Shown: piece after piece, positions 1-11,510 of the stretch
Position numbering within the stretch: the first letter of the stretch is position 1
Layout of the letters: every line of letters starts with the position of its first letter
Origin: an uncultured Chloroflexia bacterium
GTDB lineage: Bacteria > Chloroflexota > Limnocylindria > QHBO01
Assembly (NCBI GenBank): GCA_963812115.1
Contig: CAWEUD010000013.1
Coordinates: 141,590-205,589 of the forward strand
Length of the DNA: 64,000 nucleotides
Reading direction: 5' to 3'
Notes under the pieces: model-generated
The model's database searches: none
What the model was told of the DNA's origin: nothing
Seen by the model: the letters and a program-made list of their open reading frames with translations, nothing else
Translations under genes and position numbers: made by a program

Positions 1-698
1 TCATCAAGATCCCGGCAACGCCCGCCGGCCTCCCGGCGATCGAGGCCGCCATCGCGGATGGGATCAACGTCAACGTCACGCTGATGTTCAGCGTCGACGT
101 CTACCGCGACGTGGCACGCGCCTACATCGCCGGGCTGCGGCGCCGCCACCAGGGCGGCGGCGACGTCTCACAGGTGGCATCGGTCGCCAGCTTCTTCGTC
201 AGTCGCGTCGACACCAAGGTCGACAAGCGGCTCGATTCGATCGGCAGCGACGAGGCGCTGGAGCTGCGCGGCAGGGCCGCCATCGCCAACGCGAAGATGG
301 CCTACCGCGCCTTCGGCGAGATCTTCGGTGGCGAGGAGTTTGCCGAGCTGCGCGCGGCCGGAGCGCGGGTCCAGCGCTGCCTCTGGGCCAGCACCTCCAC
401 GAAGAACCCGGCGTATCCCGACGTGCGCTACGTGAACGAGCTCATCGGCCCGGCGACGGTGAACACCATGCCGACCGAGACCATCGAGGCCTTCCTGGAC
501 CACGGCAGCGTGGAACGAACGCTCGATGTGGAGACGGATGCGGCCGCGGCGACGCTCGAGCAGCTCGAGCAGCTGGGCGTGAGCATGCGCCAGGTCACCG
601 ATGAGCTGATCGAAGAGGGCGTCACCTCCTTCGCCAAGTCGTTCGACGACCTCATCGAGACGATCGACGGCAAGCGCAAGGCCCTCGCGCCGGCATGA
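1..698 (+). CDS. tal: transaldolase, C-terminal part (5' end outside window)
   Basis: The frame is open from the window edge. The translation IKIPATPAGLPAIEAAIADGINVNVTLMFS... is the transaldolase core. The stop at 696-698 overlaps the next ATG (ATGA). Confidence 0.9.
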   Translation, partial: IKIPATPAGLPAIEAAIADGINVNVTLMFSVDVYRDVARAYIAGLRRRHQGGGDVSQVASVASFFVSRVDTKVDKRLDSIGSDEALELRGRAAIANAKMAYRAFGEIFGGEEFAELRAAGARVQRCLWASTSTKNPAYPDVRYVNELIGPATVNTMPTETIEAFLDHGSVERTLDVETDAAAATLEQLEQLGVSMRQVTDELIEEGVTSFAKSFDDLIETIDGKRKALAPA

Positions 699-2398
699 GC
701 CCGTCGCCGCTCGAGCAGGCGATCGGCGAGCGGCTCACCCGCTGGGAGACTGAGCGCGTCGCCGAGCGGCTCTGGGATCGCGACGGCACCCTGTGGGCAG
801 GTTCGGGAAAGGCCCCGGACGAGGTCGCGTCCTGGCTCGGCTGGCTCTCACTCCCGTACGACGCCCACGGCCGCATCGCCGAGCTCCGCCACCTTGCCCG
901 TGACGTGCGCGCGGACGGCTACGGCCGCGCCGCGGTCCTGGGCATGGGCGGATCGAGCCTGGCCCCCGAGCTCTTCAGCCGCGTGTTCGGCGGTCCGCTT
1001 GGGGCGCCACCGCCGGACAGCGAGGGGTTGGAGCTGCGCATCCTCGATTCCACCCACCCCGACGTGGTCCGCGGCTTCCGTGCGTGGGCGGAAGGGGAAC
1101 GCACCATCTTCTGCGTCAGCAGCAAGTCCGGAACGACCACCGAGCCGAACGCCTTCCATGCCGAGATGGCGGCCTTCGCCCCTGCCCTCGACTTCATCGC
1201 GATCACCGATCCGGGCTCGTCGCTGGCCCAGGTGGCCCGGGCGCAGGAGTTCCGCGGCATCGTCGAGGGGGTCGCGTCGGTCGGGGGACGATACTCGGCG
1301 CTCTCGGTCTTCGGCCTCGTGCCCGCCGCCCTCCACGGCGTCGACCTGGAGGCCCTCCTCGGCAGCGCGGTGGCGATGGCAGATGCCTGCCGACGTCCCG
1401 CCCGGGAGAACCCCGGCCTGCGCCTCGGCGCGGCGGTGGCGGAGGCCGCCGTGGCAGGTCGTGACAAGCTGACCATCCTGACGTCGCCGCGCCTCGCCAG
1501 CTTCGGCGACTGGGCGGAGCAACTGGTGGCGGAGAGCACCGGCAAGGCGGGCACGGGCATCGTGCCGGTCGTGGGCGAGCCGCTTCGCAGGCCGCAGTCC
1601 TACGGCGACGATCGCTGCTTCGTGATCATGACGCTGGCGACGGAACGAGATCCGGAGCTCGAACGGCTCGGCGACGCGCTCCAGGCCCGGGGCCACCCGG
1701 TGACCCGCCTCGAGATCGGCAGCCCCAGCGAGGTCGGTGGCGAGTTCGTGCGCTGGGAGGTGGCGACGGCGGCGGCGGGGATCGTGCTGGAGATCGACCC
1801 ATTCGACCAGCCGAACGTGCAGGAGAGCAAGGATGCGACGAAGGCGCTGCTGGATGCGTACCGAGCCCACGGTTCGCTGCCGGCACCCGCGCCCATCGTG
1901 GCCTCCGAGGGCGTCGCCGCGTACGCCGATCCAGCGGCGCTCGGCGACGAACCGGTGACCGTCGACGGTGCGCTGCGCGCGCTGCTCGAACGTGTCCGGC
2001 CCGGCGACTACTTCGCCATCCTCGCCTACCTGCCCCAGGACGCCGCGACCGAGTCGGCGTTGCAGGAGCTGCGCGCACGCATCGGCGAGTCGCTGGGCGT
2101 GGCAACCACGCTGGGCTTCGGGCCGCGCTTCCTGCACTCGACCGGGCAGCTGCACAAGGGCGGGCCAGCGTCGGGTGTCTTCCTGCAGCTGACCGCCGAC
2201 CCCCAGCGCGACATGCCCATCCCCGGCTGGGAGGAATCATTCGGGACGCTGGTGGCGGCCCAGGCGCTGGGAGACCTGCAGTCGCTGCAGCGACGCGGCC
2301 GCCGCGCGCTGCGGCTCCACTTCGCCGATGCCGTCCGCGTCACCGACCAGCTGGGGCGGTGGCTGCGAGAGACGTTGTCCGACGGTACGGCAAGCTGA
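695..2398 (+). CDS. pgi: glucose-6-phosphate isomerase (the long PGI type found fused or adjacent to tal)
   Basis: 567-aa ORF with SIS-type motifs (VLGMGGSSLAPE, CVSSKSGTTTEP). It sits inside the OPP operon and overlaps tal by 4 nt. Confidence 0.8.
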   Translation: MSPSPLEQAIGERLTRWETERVAERLWDRDGTLWAGSGKAPDEVASWLGWLSLPYDAHGRIAELRHLARDVRADGYGRAAVLGMGGSSLAPELFSRVFGGPLGAPPPDSEGLELRILDSTHPDVVRGFRAWAEGERTIFCVSSKSGTTTEPNAFHAEMAAFAPALDFIAITDPGSSLAQVARAQEFRGIVEGVASVGGRYSALSVFGLVPAALHGVDLEALLGSAVAMADACRRPARENPGLRLGAAVAEAAVAGRDKLTILTSPRLASFGDWAEQLVAESTGKAGTGIVPVVGEPLRRPQSYGDDRCFVIMTLATERDPELERLGDALQARGHPVTRLEIGSPSEVGGEFVRWEVATAAAGIVLEIDPFDQPNVQESKDATKALLDAYRAHGSLPAPAPIVASEGVAAYADPAALGDEPVTVDGALRALLERVRPGDYFAILAYLPQDAATESALQELRARIGESLGVATTLGFGPRFLHSTGQLHKGGPASGVFLQLTADPQRDMPIPGWEESFGTLVAAQALGDLQSLQRRGRRALRLHFADAVRVTDQLGRWLRETLSDGTAS

Positions 2399-2436
2399 CA
2401 GATCGAAGAGAAGGGCCTGAAGGAGGCGCAGCCAAG

Positions 2437-3372
2437 ATGCAGATCGGGATCGCGGGGTTGGGACGCATGGGCGCGGGGATGGCTCGCCGGCTGGCGCGCG
2501 GCGAGCACGACGTGGTGGCCTGGAACCGGACCGAGTCCGTCGCGCGCGATCTCGCCGCGGAGCCGGAGAACGAGGGCCGCATCAGCGTGGCCGAGCCGAT
2601 CGAGCAGCTCGCCGAGCAGCTGGGCGCGCCGCGGCACGTGATCATCAGCGTCCCGGCCGGGAAGGCAACCGACGACATGATCGAGCAGCTCGCCGGCATC
2701 CTCTCGCCCGGGGACGTGATCGTCGACGCCGGCAACTCCAACTTCCACGACTCGCGCAGGCACGCGGACGAGGTCGAGGCCCGCGGCCTGGAGTGGCTGG
2801 ACATGGGCGTCTCGGGTGGGGTGTGGGGACTGCAGGTCGGCTTCTGCGCCATGCTCGGCGGGAAGCGGCCGGTGTTCGACCGCTTCGAACCGGCGGTGAA
2901 GACGCTCGCGCCGGAGGGCGGCTACCTCTACTGCGGACCGGCTGGCGCGGGCCACTACGTGAAGATGGTCCACAACGGGATCGAGTACGGCGTCATGCAG
3001 GCCTATGCCGAGGGATTCGACATCCTGAACGCCTCGGACTACGAGCTGGACCTTGCTCCCATCGCCCGGATGTGGCAGAACGGGTCGGTGATCCGCTCAT
3101 GGCTGTTGGAGCTGGCGGGCGATGCCTTCGAGAAGGAAGGGAACGAGCTGTCGAACATCCGCGGCTGGGTCAATGACTCTGGCGAGGGGCGCTGGACCGT
3201 CTTCGACGCGATCGACCATGACGTCCCGGCCCCGATCATCACGCTTGCGCTGATCCAGCGCTTCCGAAGCCGGCGCGAGCCCGACAGCTACGCCGACAAG
3301 GTGCTCGCCGCGCTGCGCAACGAGTTCGGCGGGCATGCCATCAAGGCGGTGGCCGGGGACGAGTCGAGCTAG
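2437..3372 (+). CDS. gnd: 6-phosphogluconate dehydrogenase, decarboxylating (short ~310-aa form)
   Basis: MQIGIAGLGRMG Rossmann N-terminus, DAGNSNF, and the GHYVKMVHNGIEYG motif. AGGAGG at 2421-2426 precedes the ATG at 2437. The ORF-track start at 2359 is probably an upstream extension. Confidence 0.85.
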   Translation: MQIGIAGLGRMGAGMARRLARGEHDVVAWNRTESVARDLAAEPENEGRISVAEPIEQLAEQLGAPRHVIISVPAGKATDDMIEQLAGILSPGDVIVDAGNSNFHDSRRHADEVEARGLEWLDMGVSGGVWGLQVGFCAMLGGKRPVFDRFEPAVKTLAPEGGYLYCGPAGAGHYVKMVHNGIEYGVMQAYAEGFDILNASDYELDLAPIARMWQNGSVIRSWLLELAGDAFEKEGNELSNIRGWVNDSGEGRWTVFDAIDHDVPAPIITLALIQRFRSRREPDSYADKVLAALRNEFGGHAIKAVAGDESS

Positions 3373-3376
3373 CCCG

Positions 3377-4971
<1,595 letters not shown>

Positions 4972-4975
<4 letters not shown>

Positions 4976-6234
4976 GCCTGCAGGCGACGGGAATGGGCAA
5001 TGGCGACGGCCGCCCGGGGCGCGACCTCGCCCTCCATCGACGGCTGATGGAGTATGGGGAGGATGCGACGCGCGTGGCTCCCGTCTGGAGCCAGGAGGAC
5101 ACCAGCGTTGGCTTCGTGGAGGCCCACCTGGCGCGACTCTGGGGCGGCGAGGCCGGCGAGGGCGGCACCGTGACAGAAAAGGGGCTCCCACACGCCCGCG
5201 CATCGGTCCTCAACCTGATCGTGACCGTCCCGGATCCGGATGCGGCGGGGCGCGTCCTGGGCACCATGGTCGGCCTCGGCTACCGGCACCCGTCCCGAGC
5301 AATCGTGCTGGTGGCCGATCCGGACGCCGACGGCCCGGCGCTCGACGCCTCCGTGAGCGCCCACTGCCACCCGGCCGATGGCCGCGGCGAGCGCGTCTGC
5401 TACGAGCAGGTCGCCATCACCGTCCGCGGCGAGGCGGCGGAGCACCTGGATGGCATCGTCGCCCCGCTCCTCATTCACGACCTGCCGACGCACGTCTGGT
5501 GGCCGGGCAGCCCGCCGTTCAGCGACCAGATCTTCGACCAGCTGGTCGAGGTCTGTGACCGGCTCATCATCGACAGCAGCGACTTCGACAACCTCCTGCT
5601 CGGCTACCGACGCCTCGCCGGCCTGCGCCGGCGGAGCGGGATCGGCGACCTGTCCTGGCGGCGCATCGCCTGGTGGCAGGAGCTGACGGCACAGTTCTTC
5701 GATGCGCCGCGCTTCCGCCGCTACCTGCCGAACCTCAACCGGGTGCGGATCATCTATTCCGCGGGCGACGGGGCGGACGGTGGCGCGGCCAGCCCCATCT
5801 CCCAGGCGCTCCTCTACGCCGGCTGGGTCGCCTCGCGACTCGACTGGAAGCGGCATGCCACGCAGCGGCGCCTTCGGGACGGCGGGCTGCACCTGCTGCT
5901 CGAGGGGCGATACGCGATGGTCGACCTGGAGGTGGAGGCGGTCCCAGCGTCGGGCATCCCGCCGGGTGAGCTCGTCTCCGTTCGGCTGCAGGCACGCGGC
6001 GAGACGGGTGCTGCGGAGTTCATCGTGGACCGCGAGGGAAACGAGGCAACCGTCGCCTCCAACGCCGACGGCATGACGGCCCTGCTGCGCCGCGTCCGGA
6101 TGGAGCCACCGACCGAGCCGGAGCTGCTTTCCGGCACGCTCGTCGGCGAGAGCAAGGACCCCGTCTACGAGGCCGCCGTCCGTGCCGCCGCAATCTTCCT
6201 CGCCGCCGCGCGTTCGGGTGAGGCGATCGCATGA
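4972..6234 (+). CDS. opcA: glucose-6-phosphate dehydrogenase assembly protein OpcA
   Basis: Located between zwf and pgl, with OpcA-like size and sequence (…HLARLWGGE…SVLNLIV…HDLPTHVWWPG…). The GTG at 4972 overlaps the zwf stop (GTGA); ATG 4993 is an alternative. The 4480 start in the ORF track is a shadow extension over zwf. Confidence 0.75.
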
Positions 6235-6947
6235 CGCGCCGATTCGAGGTCCTGCCCGACGTCGAGGCCGTCGCCGCCGCCACCGCCGATCGGCTGGTCG
6301 CTGCCGGCCGCAATGCCATTCGGCGTCGCGGCCGTTTCATCTTGGGCCTCTCCGGGGGTTCGACGCCGCTTGCGGTCTGTCCGCTGCTGGTGGTCCCGCC
6401 AAGGGTCCGGATGCTGGACTGGTCAAAGGTCGAGTTCTTCTTCGGCGACGAGCGGGCAGTCCCGCCGGATGATCCCGAGTCGAACTACAACACGGCGCGC
6501 CTGGCCATGCTCGACTACCTGCCCCGCGTCAGGATGGAGCAGGTCCACCGCATGCCATGCGACCTGGAGGACCTGGACGCGGGAGCCCGCCTCTACGAGC
6601 GGGAGCTGCGGCGCGTCATCGGTGGCGATCCGATCCCGGTCTTCGACCTGATCTGGCTGGGCATGGGGCCCGACGGGCACACCGCCTCGCTCTTCCCGCG
6701 GTCCGAGGGGCTGGCCGAGCGCGAGCGGCTGGTCGTCGCGAACTACGCGCCGGGGCCCGACGCGTGGCGCATGACGCTCACCTTCCCGGTGCTCAACGCG
6801 GCGCGCGAAGCGATGTTCGTCGTAACCGGTGCCGAGAAGGCCGATGCCCTGCGAGCGATCCGCGACGGCTCTCGTGAGCTCCCCGCCGGACGCGTCAACG
6901 CGCGCCGGACGCGCTGGCTGGTCGACGCTGCCGCAGCCGGGATCTGA
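6231..6947 (+). CDS. pgl: 6-phosphogluconolactonase
   Basis: LSGGSTP, FFGDERAVPPDDPESNY and GMGPDGHTASLFP motifs. ATGA overlap with opcA. Confidence 0.9.
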   Translation: MTRRFEVLPDVEAVAAATADRLVAAGRNAIRRRGRFILGLSGGSTPLAVCPLLVVPPRVRMLDWSKVEFFFGDERAVPPDDPESNYNTARLAMLDYLPRVRMEQVHRMPCDLEDLDAGARLYERELRRVIGGDPIPVFDLIWLGMGPDGHTASLFPRSEGLAERERLVVANYAPGPDAWRMTLTFPVLNAAREAMFVVTGAEKADALRAIRDGSRELPAGRVNARRTRWLVDAAAAGI

Positions 6948-7035
6948 ACCCCCCTCCGCCCGAGCGGGTAGCATCCGGTAGCAGGGGGGAGGGCTGAAGG
7001 CCCCGCCTGGCCCCAGCGCCTCGAGGAACGTCCCC

Positions 7036-8016
7036 GTGCTGCTCTACATCATTCGTCGCCTGCTCTGGATCGTGCCGGTCCTGCTGGTGGCCTCGATCGT
7101 CACGTTCTGGCTCATGCACGCCGCTCCGGGCAGCCCATGGCTGCGGGAGGGACGGCAGCTCGATCCCGGTCTCGTGGCGTCGCTCAACGAGCGCTTCGCC
7201 CTGGATCAGCCCCTGCCGGTCCAGTACGTGAAGTGGCTCACCGGAGTCCTGAGCGGGGACTTCGGGACCTCGTTCGCCTCGGGCGTCCTCCGGGGGACGC
7301 AGAGCCCGTTCCGGATCGAGACGCTCGACGTGTCGAGCGTGATCGGGCAGGCCTTCTGGCCGAGCCTGGAGCTGGGCCTTCTGGCATTCGCCGTGGCCGT
7401 GGTGCTGGGCGTCGGCCTGGGCGTCATCGCGGCGTGGAACCACAACCGATGGCCCGACCACCTGGCGACCGGCCTCGCTCTCGTCGGCATGGTTGGACCG
7501 CCGTTCCTCGTGGCGGTGCTCCTGCAGCTCGTCTTCGACACCGGCTCGCTGCGCGATCCAGGCATCCTGCCCGTCCGCGGCTGGGGAACTCCCGCGCACG
7601 CGGTGCTGCCCACGCTGGCGCTGGCCGGCCTGCCGATGGCGATGATCGCGCGCTTCACGCGCGGGTCGATGCTCGAGGTGCTGCACGAGGGCTACGTGCG
7701 CACCGCCCACAGCAAGGGCCTCGGGCCGCGACGGATCGCCGTGGTCCACGTCCTGCGCAACGCGATGATCCCGGTCGTCGCCGTCCTGGGGCCGGTCCTC
7801 GCGGTGCTCATCACCAGCTCCATCGTGATCGAGCGCGTCTTCGGGATCCCCGGCGTCGGCAGCCTCTACCTGCTGGCGATCACCTCGCGCGACTACGGGG
7901 TGATCATGAGCATGACCCTGCTCTATACCATCGCGATCGCCGGCCTGAACCTGCTGGTCGACCTGCTCTACGGCGTCATCGATCCGCGCGTCCGTGAGGC
8001 GGGGGTGGTTGCGTGA
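7036..8016 (+). CDS. ABC transporter permease, peptide/nickel (DppB/OppB-like)
   Basis: The N-terminus MLLYIIRRLLWIVPVLL and the YVRTAHSKGL...VLRNAMIPVV EAA-loop region are typical of DppB-type permeases. Confidence 0.85.
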   Translation: MLLYIIRRLLWIVPVLLVASIVTFWLMHAAPGSPWLREGRQLDPGLVASLNERFALDQPLPVQYVKWLTGVLSGDFGTSFASGVLRGTQSPFRIETLDVSSVIGQAFWPSLELGLLAFAVAVVLGVGLGVIAAWNHNRWPDHLATGLALVGMVGPPFLVAVLLQLVFDTGSLRDPGILPVRGWGTPAHAVLPTLALAGLPMAMIARFTRGSMLEVLHEGYVRTAHSKGLGPRRIAVVHVLRNAMIPVVAVLGPVLAVLITSSIVIERVFGIPGVGSLYLLAITSRDYGVIMSMTLLYTIAIAGLNLLVDLLYGVIDPRVREAGVVA

Positions 8017-8948
8017 CGGCGATCGAGTCCGCCGGGGCCGCGCGGCAGGATGCATCGGCGAGCGGCCGGCGATCGGTGCTTCGCGACCTGGCGGCCCATC
8101 CGCGGGGCCGCATCGGCCTGGTGATCGTCGCGTTCGTCGTGGCGCTGGCGGTCATCGGCCCGCTGGTGGCCGGGTGGAGCGTCAGCGAGCTGGATCTCGG
8201 GGCGCAGAACGCGAACAACCATCAGCCCCTGCTTCCGTTGCAGAACATGGCGCACCCGCTCGGGACCGATATCCTCGCTCGCGACATGCTCAGCCGCGTC
8301 GCCTCGGCCGTGCGGGTCAGCCTGCTCGTGGCGTCCATCGCGCAGCTGGTGATCCTGCTGATCGGCCTGCCCATCGGTGCCGTTGCAGGCTGGTTCGGCG
8401 GACGCACCGAGACCCTCCTGATGCGCGCGACCGATGTCGTGGCCGCCTTTCCGCAGCTCGTCTTCATCATCATGTTCCAGGTCGCGTTCTACGGCACGCC
8501 CTTCCATCGGACCCTCGATGGGCTCCTGGTGGTGATGCTCGCCATCGGGCTGCTTTCATGGGTCGTCGTCGCCCGCCTGGTCCGCGCCGAGGTCCTCAAC
8601 CTCAAGCACCGCGACTTCGTCGAGGCCGCGCGGGCGATCGGCGTCCCGGGACGCCGGATCCTGACCAGGCACCTGCTCCCGAACCTTGCCGGCAGCGTGG
8701 TGGTGGCCGTCTCGGCCGGCATCCCGGCCGCGATCCTGGTCGAGTCGACGCTCTCCTTCCTCGGCCTCGGGATCCAGCCGCCATCACCCTCGCTCGGCAG
8801 CCTGATCTGGACAGGCACCGAGACGGTGGAGCGCTTTCCGCACCTCGTGATCATCCCCGCCGTGCCACTCCTGCTGATCCTGGTCGGCTTCACGCTGCTC
8901 GGCGACGGACTTCGCGACGTCCTCGACCCGAGGCTGCGCAAGCGGTAG
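8013..8948 (+). CDS. ABC transporter permease, peptide/nickel (DppC/OppC-like)
   Basis: HPLGTDILARDMLSRV and FVEAARAIGVPGRRILTRHLLPN motifs. GTGA overlap with the upstream permease. Confidence 0.85.
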   Translation: MTAIESAGAARQDASASGRRSVLRDLAAHPRGRIGLVIVAFVVALAVIGPLVAGWSVSELDLGAQNANNHQPLLPLQNMAHPLGTDILARDMLSRVASAVRVSLLVASIAQLVILLIGLPIGAVAGWFGGRTETLLMRATDVVAAFPQLVFIIMFQVAFYGTPFHRTLDGLLVVMLAIGLLSWVVVARLVRAEVLNLKHRDFVEAARAIGVPGRRILTRHLLPNLAGSVVVAVSAGIPAAILVESTLSFLGLGIQPPSPSLGSLIWTGTETVERFPHLVIIPAVPLLLILVGFTLLGDGLRDVLDPRLRKR

Positions 8949-8971
8949 GGAGCGGGCGCTACCCTATCGGC

Positions 8972-9235
8972 ATGGGATGGCTGTGGCTGATCGGCGCCGT
9001 CGCAGCGGGTGGCGCCGCCTACTACGTCGGATGGCCCGCGTGGACCGGGTATCGGGGACGCGAGGCACGCGACCTCAATGCCGAGCGCTATCTTGCCTGG
9101 CGTGGACGCGCGGACCGGAACGCCGCTTCGGCGCGCGAGGGGATGACCTCGGATGAGCGCCGCCGCCTCCTGGTCGCCGCGACGCTGCTGATCGCAGCGG
9201 TCATCTGCCTGGTCGCCTTCTTCGTCTACGCCTGA
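8972..9235 (+). CDS. small membrane protein (87 aa, two hydrophobic helices)
   Basis: The ATG at 8972 lies in the frame of ORF 7994..9235. The translation MGWLWLIGAVAAGGAAYYVGW...LLVAATLLIAAVICLVAFFVYA has hydrophobic ends. No homolog recognised. Confidence 0.45.
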   Translation: MGWLWLIGAVAAGGAAYYVGWPAWTGYRGREARDLNAERYLAWRGRADRNAASAREGMTSDERRRLLVAATLLIAAVICLVAFFVYA

Positions 9236-9245
9236 TCGTCGGCCG

Positions 9246-9590
9246 ATGCGCGTCGAGCTGCTCTACTGGGACGGCGATCCGGAGTACATGACCGCGCGCC
9301 AGCGCCTGGTCGAGGTGCTGACCGAGGATGCCTTCGAGACCCCGATCCAGATGATCAGCGTCAACTCGGTGGCCGATGCAGAGCTGCTCGCCTTCCCGGG
9401 CTCGCCGACGATCCGCATCGACGGCGAGGACATCTTCGCGGCCGGCGCCGGTGCAGCCGGCCTCTACCGGCGCAGCTACCCGCCCGACGATGAACCCGAG
9501 GGGACGCCCAGCCAACCGGTTCCCGGAAAGGGGCTCATCCGCCGCGCGGTGGAGCGCGCACGCGGCTGGGGTCACGGGCGGCACTCGTAG
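9246..9590 (+). CDS. thioredoxin-fold-like small protein with no Cys in the usual redox position
   Basis: The pattern MRVELLYWDGDPEY...FPGSPTIRIDGEDIF resembles small thioredoxin-like proteins that normally read ...Y.dGCP... and ...FpGSPTi.vdG.D. Confidence 0.45.
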   Translation: MRVELLYWDGDPEYMTARQRLVEVLTEDAFETPIQMISVNSVADAELLAFPGSPTIRIDGEDIFAAGAGAAGLYRRSYPPDDEPEGTPSQPVPGKGLIRRAVERARGWGHGRHS

Positions 9591-9679
9591 TCGTCCGGCG
9601 TGGGAGCGCACCATCCCCCGCCGGTGGGGTAGCCTGACCCCTGGGCTCCTGCCGAATCGACCAGCAACTGAGGGACGCC

Positions 9680-10609
9680 GTGCTCGCCACGCCAATGCGC
9701 ATCTTCTTCGTGTGGCTCTCGCACCGCCGCTGGATGGCGCGACTGGCGCTCCGCACCCCCTTCGTGAAGCGTGTGGCGCTCCGCTTCGTGGCCGGCACCA
9801 GCCTGGACGAGGCGGTCGACGCCGTCCGTGCCGTGAACGAGCGAGGCGCATCCGCGACGCTCGACCACCTGGGCGAGTCGGTGAAGGACCGGGCCATGGC
9901 CGATACCGCCGCCGCGGCCTACGTGACGACCATCGAACGCATCGCGGCCGAGAAGCTGGACGCCAACGTGAGCCTGAAGCTCACGCAGATGGGACTCGAC
10001 CTGGGCATCGAGGAGTGCCTCTCGGTGCTGCGCCCGGTGGCCGAGGCGGGCATGCGCCACGGGGTCTTCGTGCGGATCGACATGGAGGGCTCTGCGTACA
10101 CCGAGCAGACCCTGGAGGTCGTGCGACGGCTGCGGGCCGACGGCTTCGACGTCGGACCCGTCATCCAGGCCTACCTGCGCCGATCGGCGGTCGATGTCGA
10201 GGCGCTCGCCGGCGAAGGGGTGCGGACGCGCGTCTGCAAGGGCGCCTATGCCGAGCCCGAGTCGATCGCCTTCCACGATCGCGCCGAGATCAATCGATCG
10301 TTCGTGCGACTCTGCGTGCGCCTGCTCGAGGCGGATGCCTACCCGGGCGTGGCCACGCACGATCCCGAGATGATCGATGCCACCAGGGCCTGGGCCACGG
10401 CCCACCAGGTGCCGAAGGATCGGTACGAGTACCAGCTGCTGTACGGGATCCGCCGCGACCTGCAGGACCGGCTGCTGGACGACGGCTACCGGCTGCGCGT
10501 GTACGTGCCCTACGGCACGCAGTGGTGGCCCTACTTCATGCGGCGCTTCGCGGAGCGACCGGCCAACGTCATGTTCATCGTGCGCAGCCTCTTCGGGGAG
10601 CGTCGCTGA
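9680..10609 (+). CDS. proline dehydrogenase (monofunctional)
   Basis: LDHLGESV, VSLKLTQMGL, IDMEGSAYTE, VIQAYLRRS, RVCKGAY, YEYQLLYGIR and VYVPYG..WWPYFMRRFAERPANV are characteristic of proline dehydrogenase. Confidence 0.85.
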   Translation: MLATPMRIFFVWLSHRRWMARLALRTPFVKRVALRFVAGTSLDEAVDAVRAVNERGASATLDHLGESVKDRAMADTAAAAYVTTIERIAAEKLDANVSLKLTQMGLDLGIEECLSVLRPVAEAGMRHGVFVRIDMEGSAYTEQTLEVVRRLRADGFDVGPVIQAYLRRSAVDVEALAGEGVRTRVCKGAYAEPESIAFHDRAEINRSFVRLCVRLLEADAYPGVATHDPEMIDATRAWATAHQVPKDRYEYQLLYGIRRDLQDRLLDDGYRLRVYVPYGTQWWPYFMRRFAERPANVMFIVRSLFGERR

Positions 10610-10671
10610 AGGCCCTTCTGCGAGGCGGCGGGCATCGGCGTAGACTCGATGTCAGCCATGGGTGCCCAACC

Positions 10672-11166
10672 GTGAGTGCCAGCAAACGCCCGAGTACATC
10701 CAGCCTGCGACGATTCATCACGTCGCGGCCGTACGTCCCGGTGGCGGAGCTCCGCCGCCGCTTCGGGCTCGACGAGCCGGATGCCATGACGCACCTGCGC
10801 CGCAACGGCACCGCTGCCTGGATCGGCTTGCCGGAACGCGAGGCAGCCAAGATCCAGGAGCTGTGGGACCGCGGCGAGCTGGGCGTGGAGCTCTCCGTCG
10901 AAGTCCGGGCGCCGGTGGTCGTGGGGCTGTATCCCATGCACATGGCTCGCTACGTGATCGAGAACGGGACGAACCCGGGCAACGTCGTGGCGGGCAACGG
11001 GAACGGCCGTGCGCCGGAGCAGGACGAGCGGCCGAACGGGGACGGCGAGCGTTCGCGGCGGCCCTGGCCCCGGCGCGTGCAGCCGGATCGCGGGCAGCGC
11101 GTCCCCCGCCCGATGAACGGGGCGCCGTCCTATGGTTCGCCGGCGCATGAGATCACGCGCGATTGA
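10672..11166 (+). CDS. hypothetical protein (164 aa)
   Basis: GTG at 10672 in the frame of ORF 9376..11166. The first ~100 aa have a non-shadow-like composition and the C-terminus is low-complexity. No family recognised. Confidence 0.5.
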   Translation: MSASKRPSTSSLRRFITSRPYVPVAELRRRFGLDEPDAMTHLRRNGTAAWIGLPEREAAKIQELWDRGELGVELSVEVRAPVVVGLYPMHMARYVIENGTNPGNVVAGNGNGRAPEQDERPNGDGERSRRPWPRRVQPDRGQRVPRPMNGAPSYGSPAHEITRD

Positions 11167-11510
11167 ACCGGGTTGCCATCGTCGCGCGGGACCTGATCAT
11201 CGCCACCCGGATCACCGATGCTGCCGTCGCGGCCGGACGTGACGTGCTGCGCGTCGACACTCCGGCGGAGCTGCCCGAGGCGTCATCGGTCTCGATCGCG
11301 TTCGTCGATTGGGGTTCCCGCGGCGGTGAGTGGGCGGAGCTCCTGACGAAATGGATCGGTCAGGCAACTGTGCCTCCGCGCGTTGTGGTATTCGGACCAC
11401 ACGTTGATCTGGCTGCCCATGCGGAGGCCAGAGCGGCTGGAGTCGGGCCGATGCTCGCTCGGTCAAGGATGATCGCAACGCTGCCGGCCCTCCTCTCGGA
11501 CTTGGCCTGA
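11163..11510 (+). CDS. hypothetical protein, possibly a receiver-like alpha/beta fold
   Basis: 115-aa ORF with a TTG start overlapping the upstream stop (TTGA). Alternating hydrophobic beta/alpha pattern, but no catalytic Asp pocket recognised. Confidence 0.45.
   Translation: MNRVAIVARDLIIATRITDAAVAAGRDVLRVDTPAELPEASSVSIAFVDWGSRGGEWAELLTKWIGQATVPPRVVVFGPHVDLAAHAEARAAGVGPMLARSRMIATLPALLSDLA

Noticed and set aside
848-2155. Long antisense or alternative-frame ORFs throughout the window. Examples: 848..2155-, 3341..5203-, 35551..37653-, 35943..37469+, 47000..48430-, 54757..56211-, 58930..60621-, 60408..61499-.
   Set aside because: Their translations are Arg/Ala/Gly/Pro-rich low-complexity text typical of stop-poor shadow frames in high-GC DNA. 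Each is fully overlapped by a gene with clear family motifs on the other strand or frame.
6950-6995. Possible intrinsic terminator after pgl (CCCCCCTCC … GGGGGGAGGG).
   Set aside because: The arms pair only partially, the loop is about 30 nt, and no U-tract follows. There is not enough support to call it.
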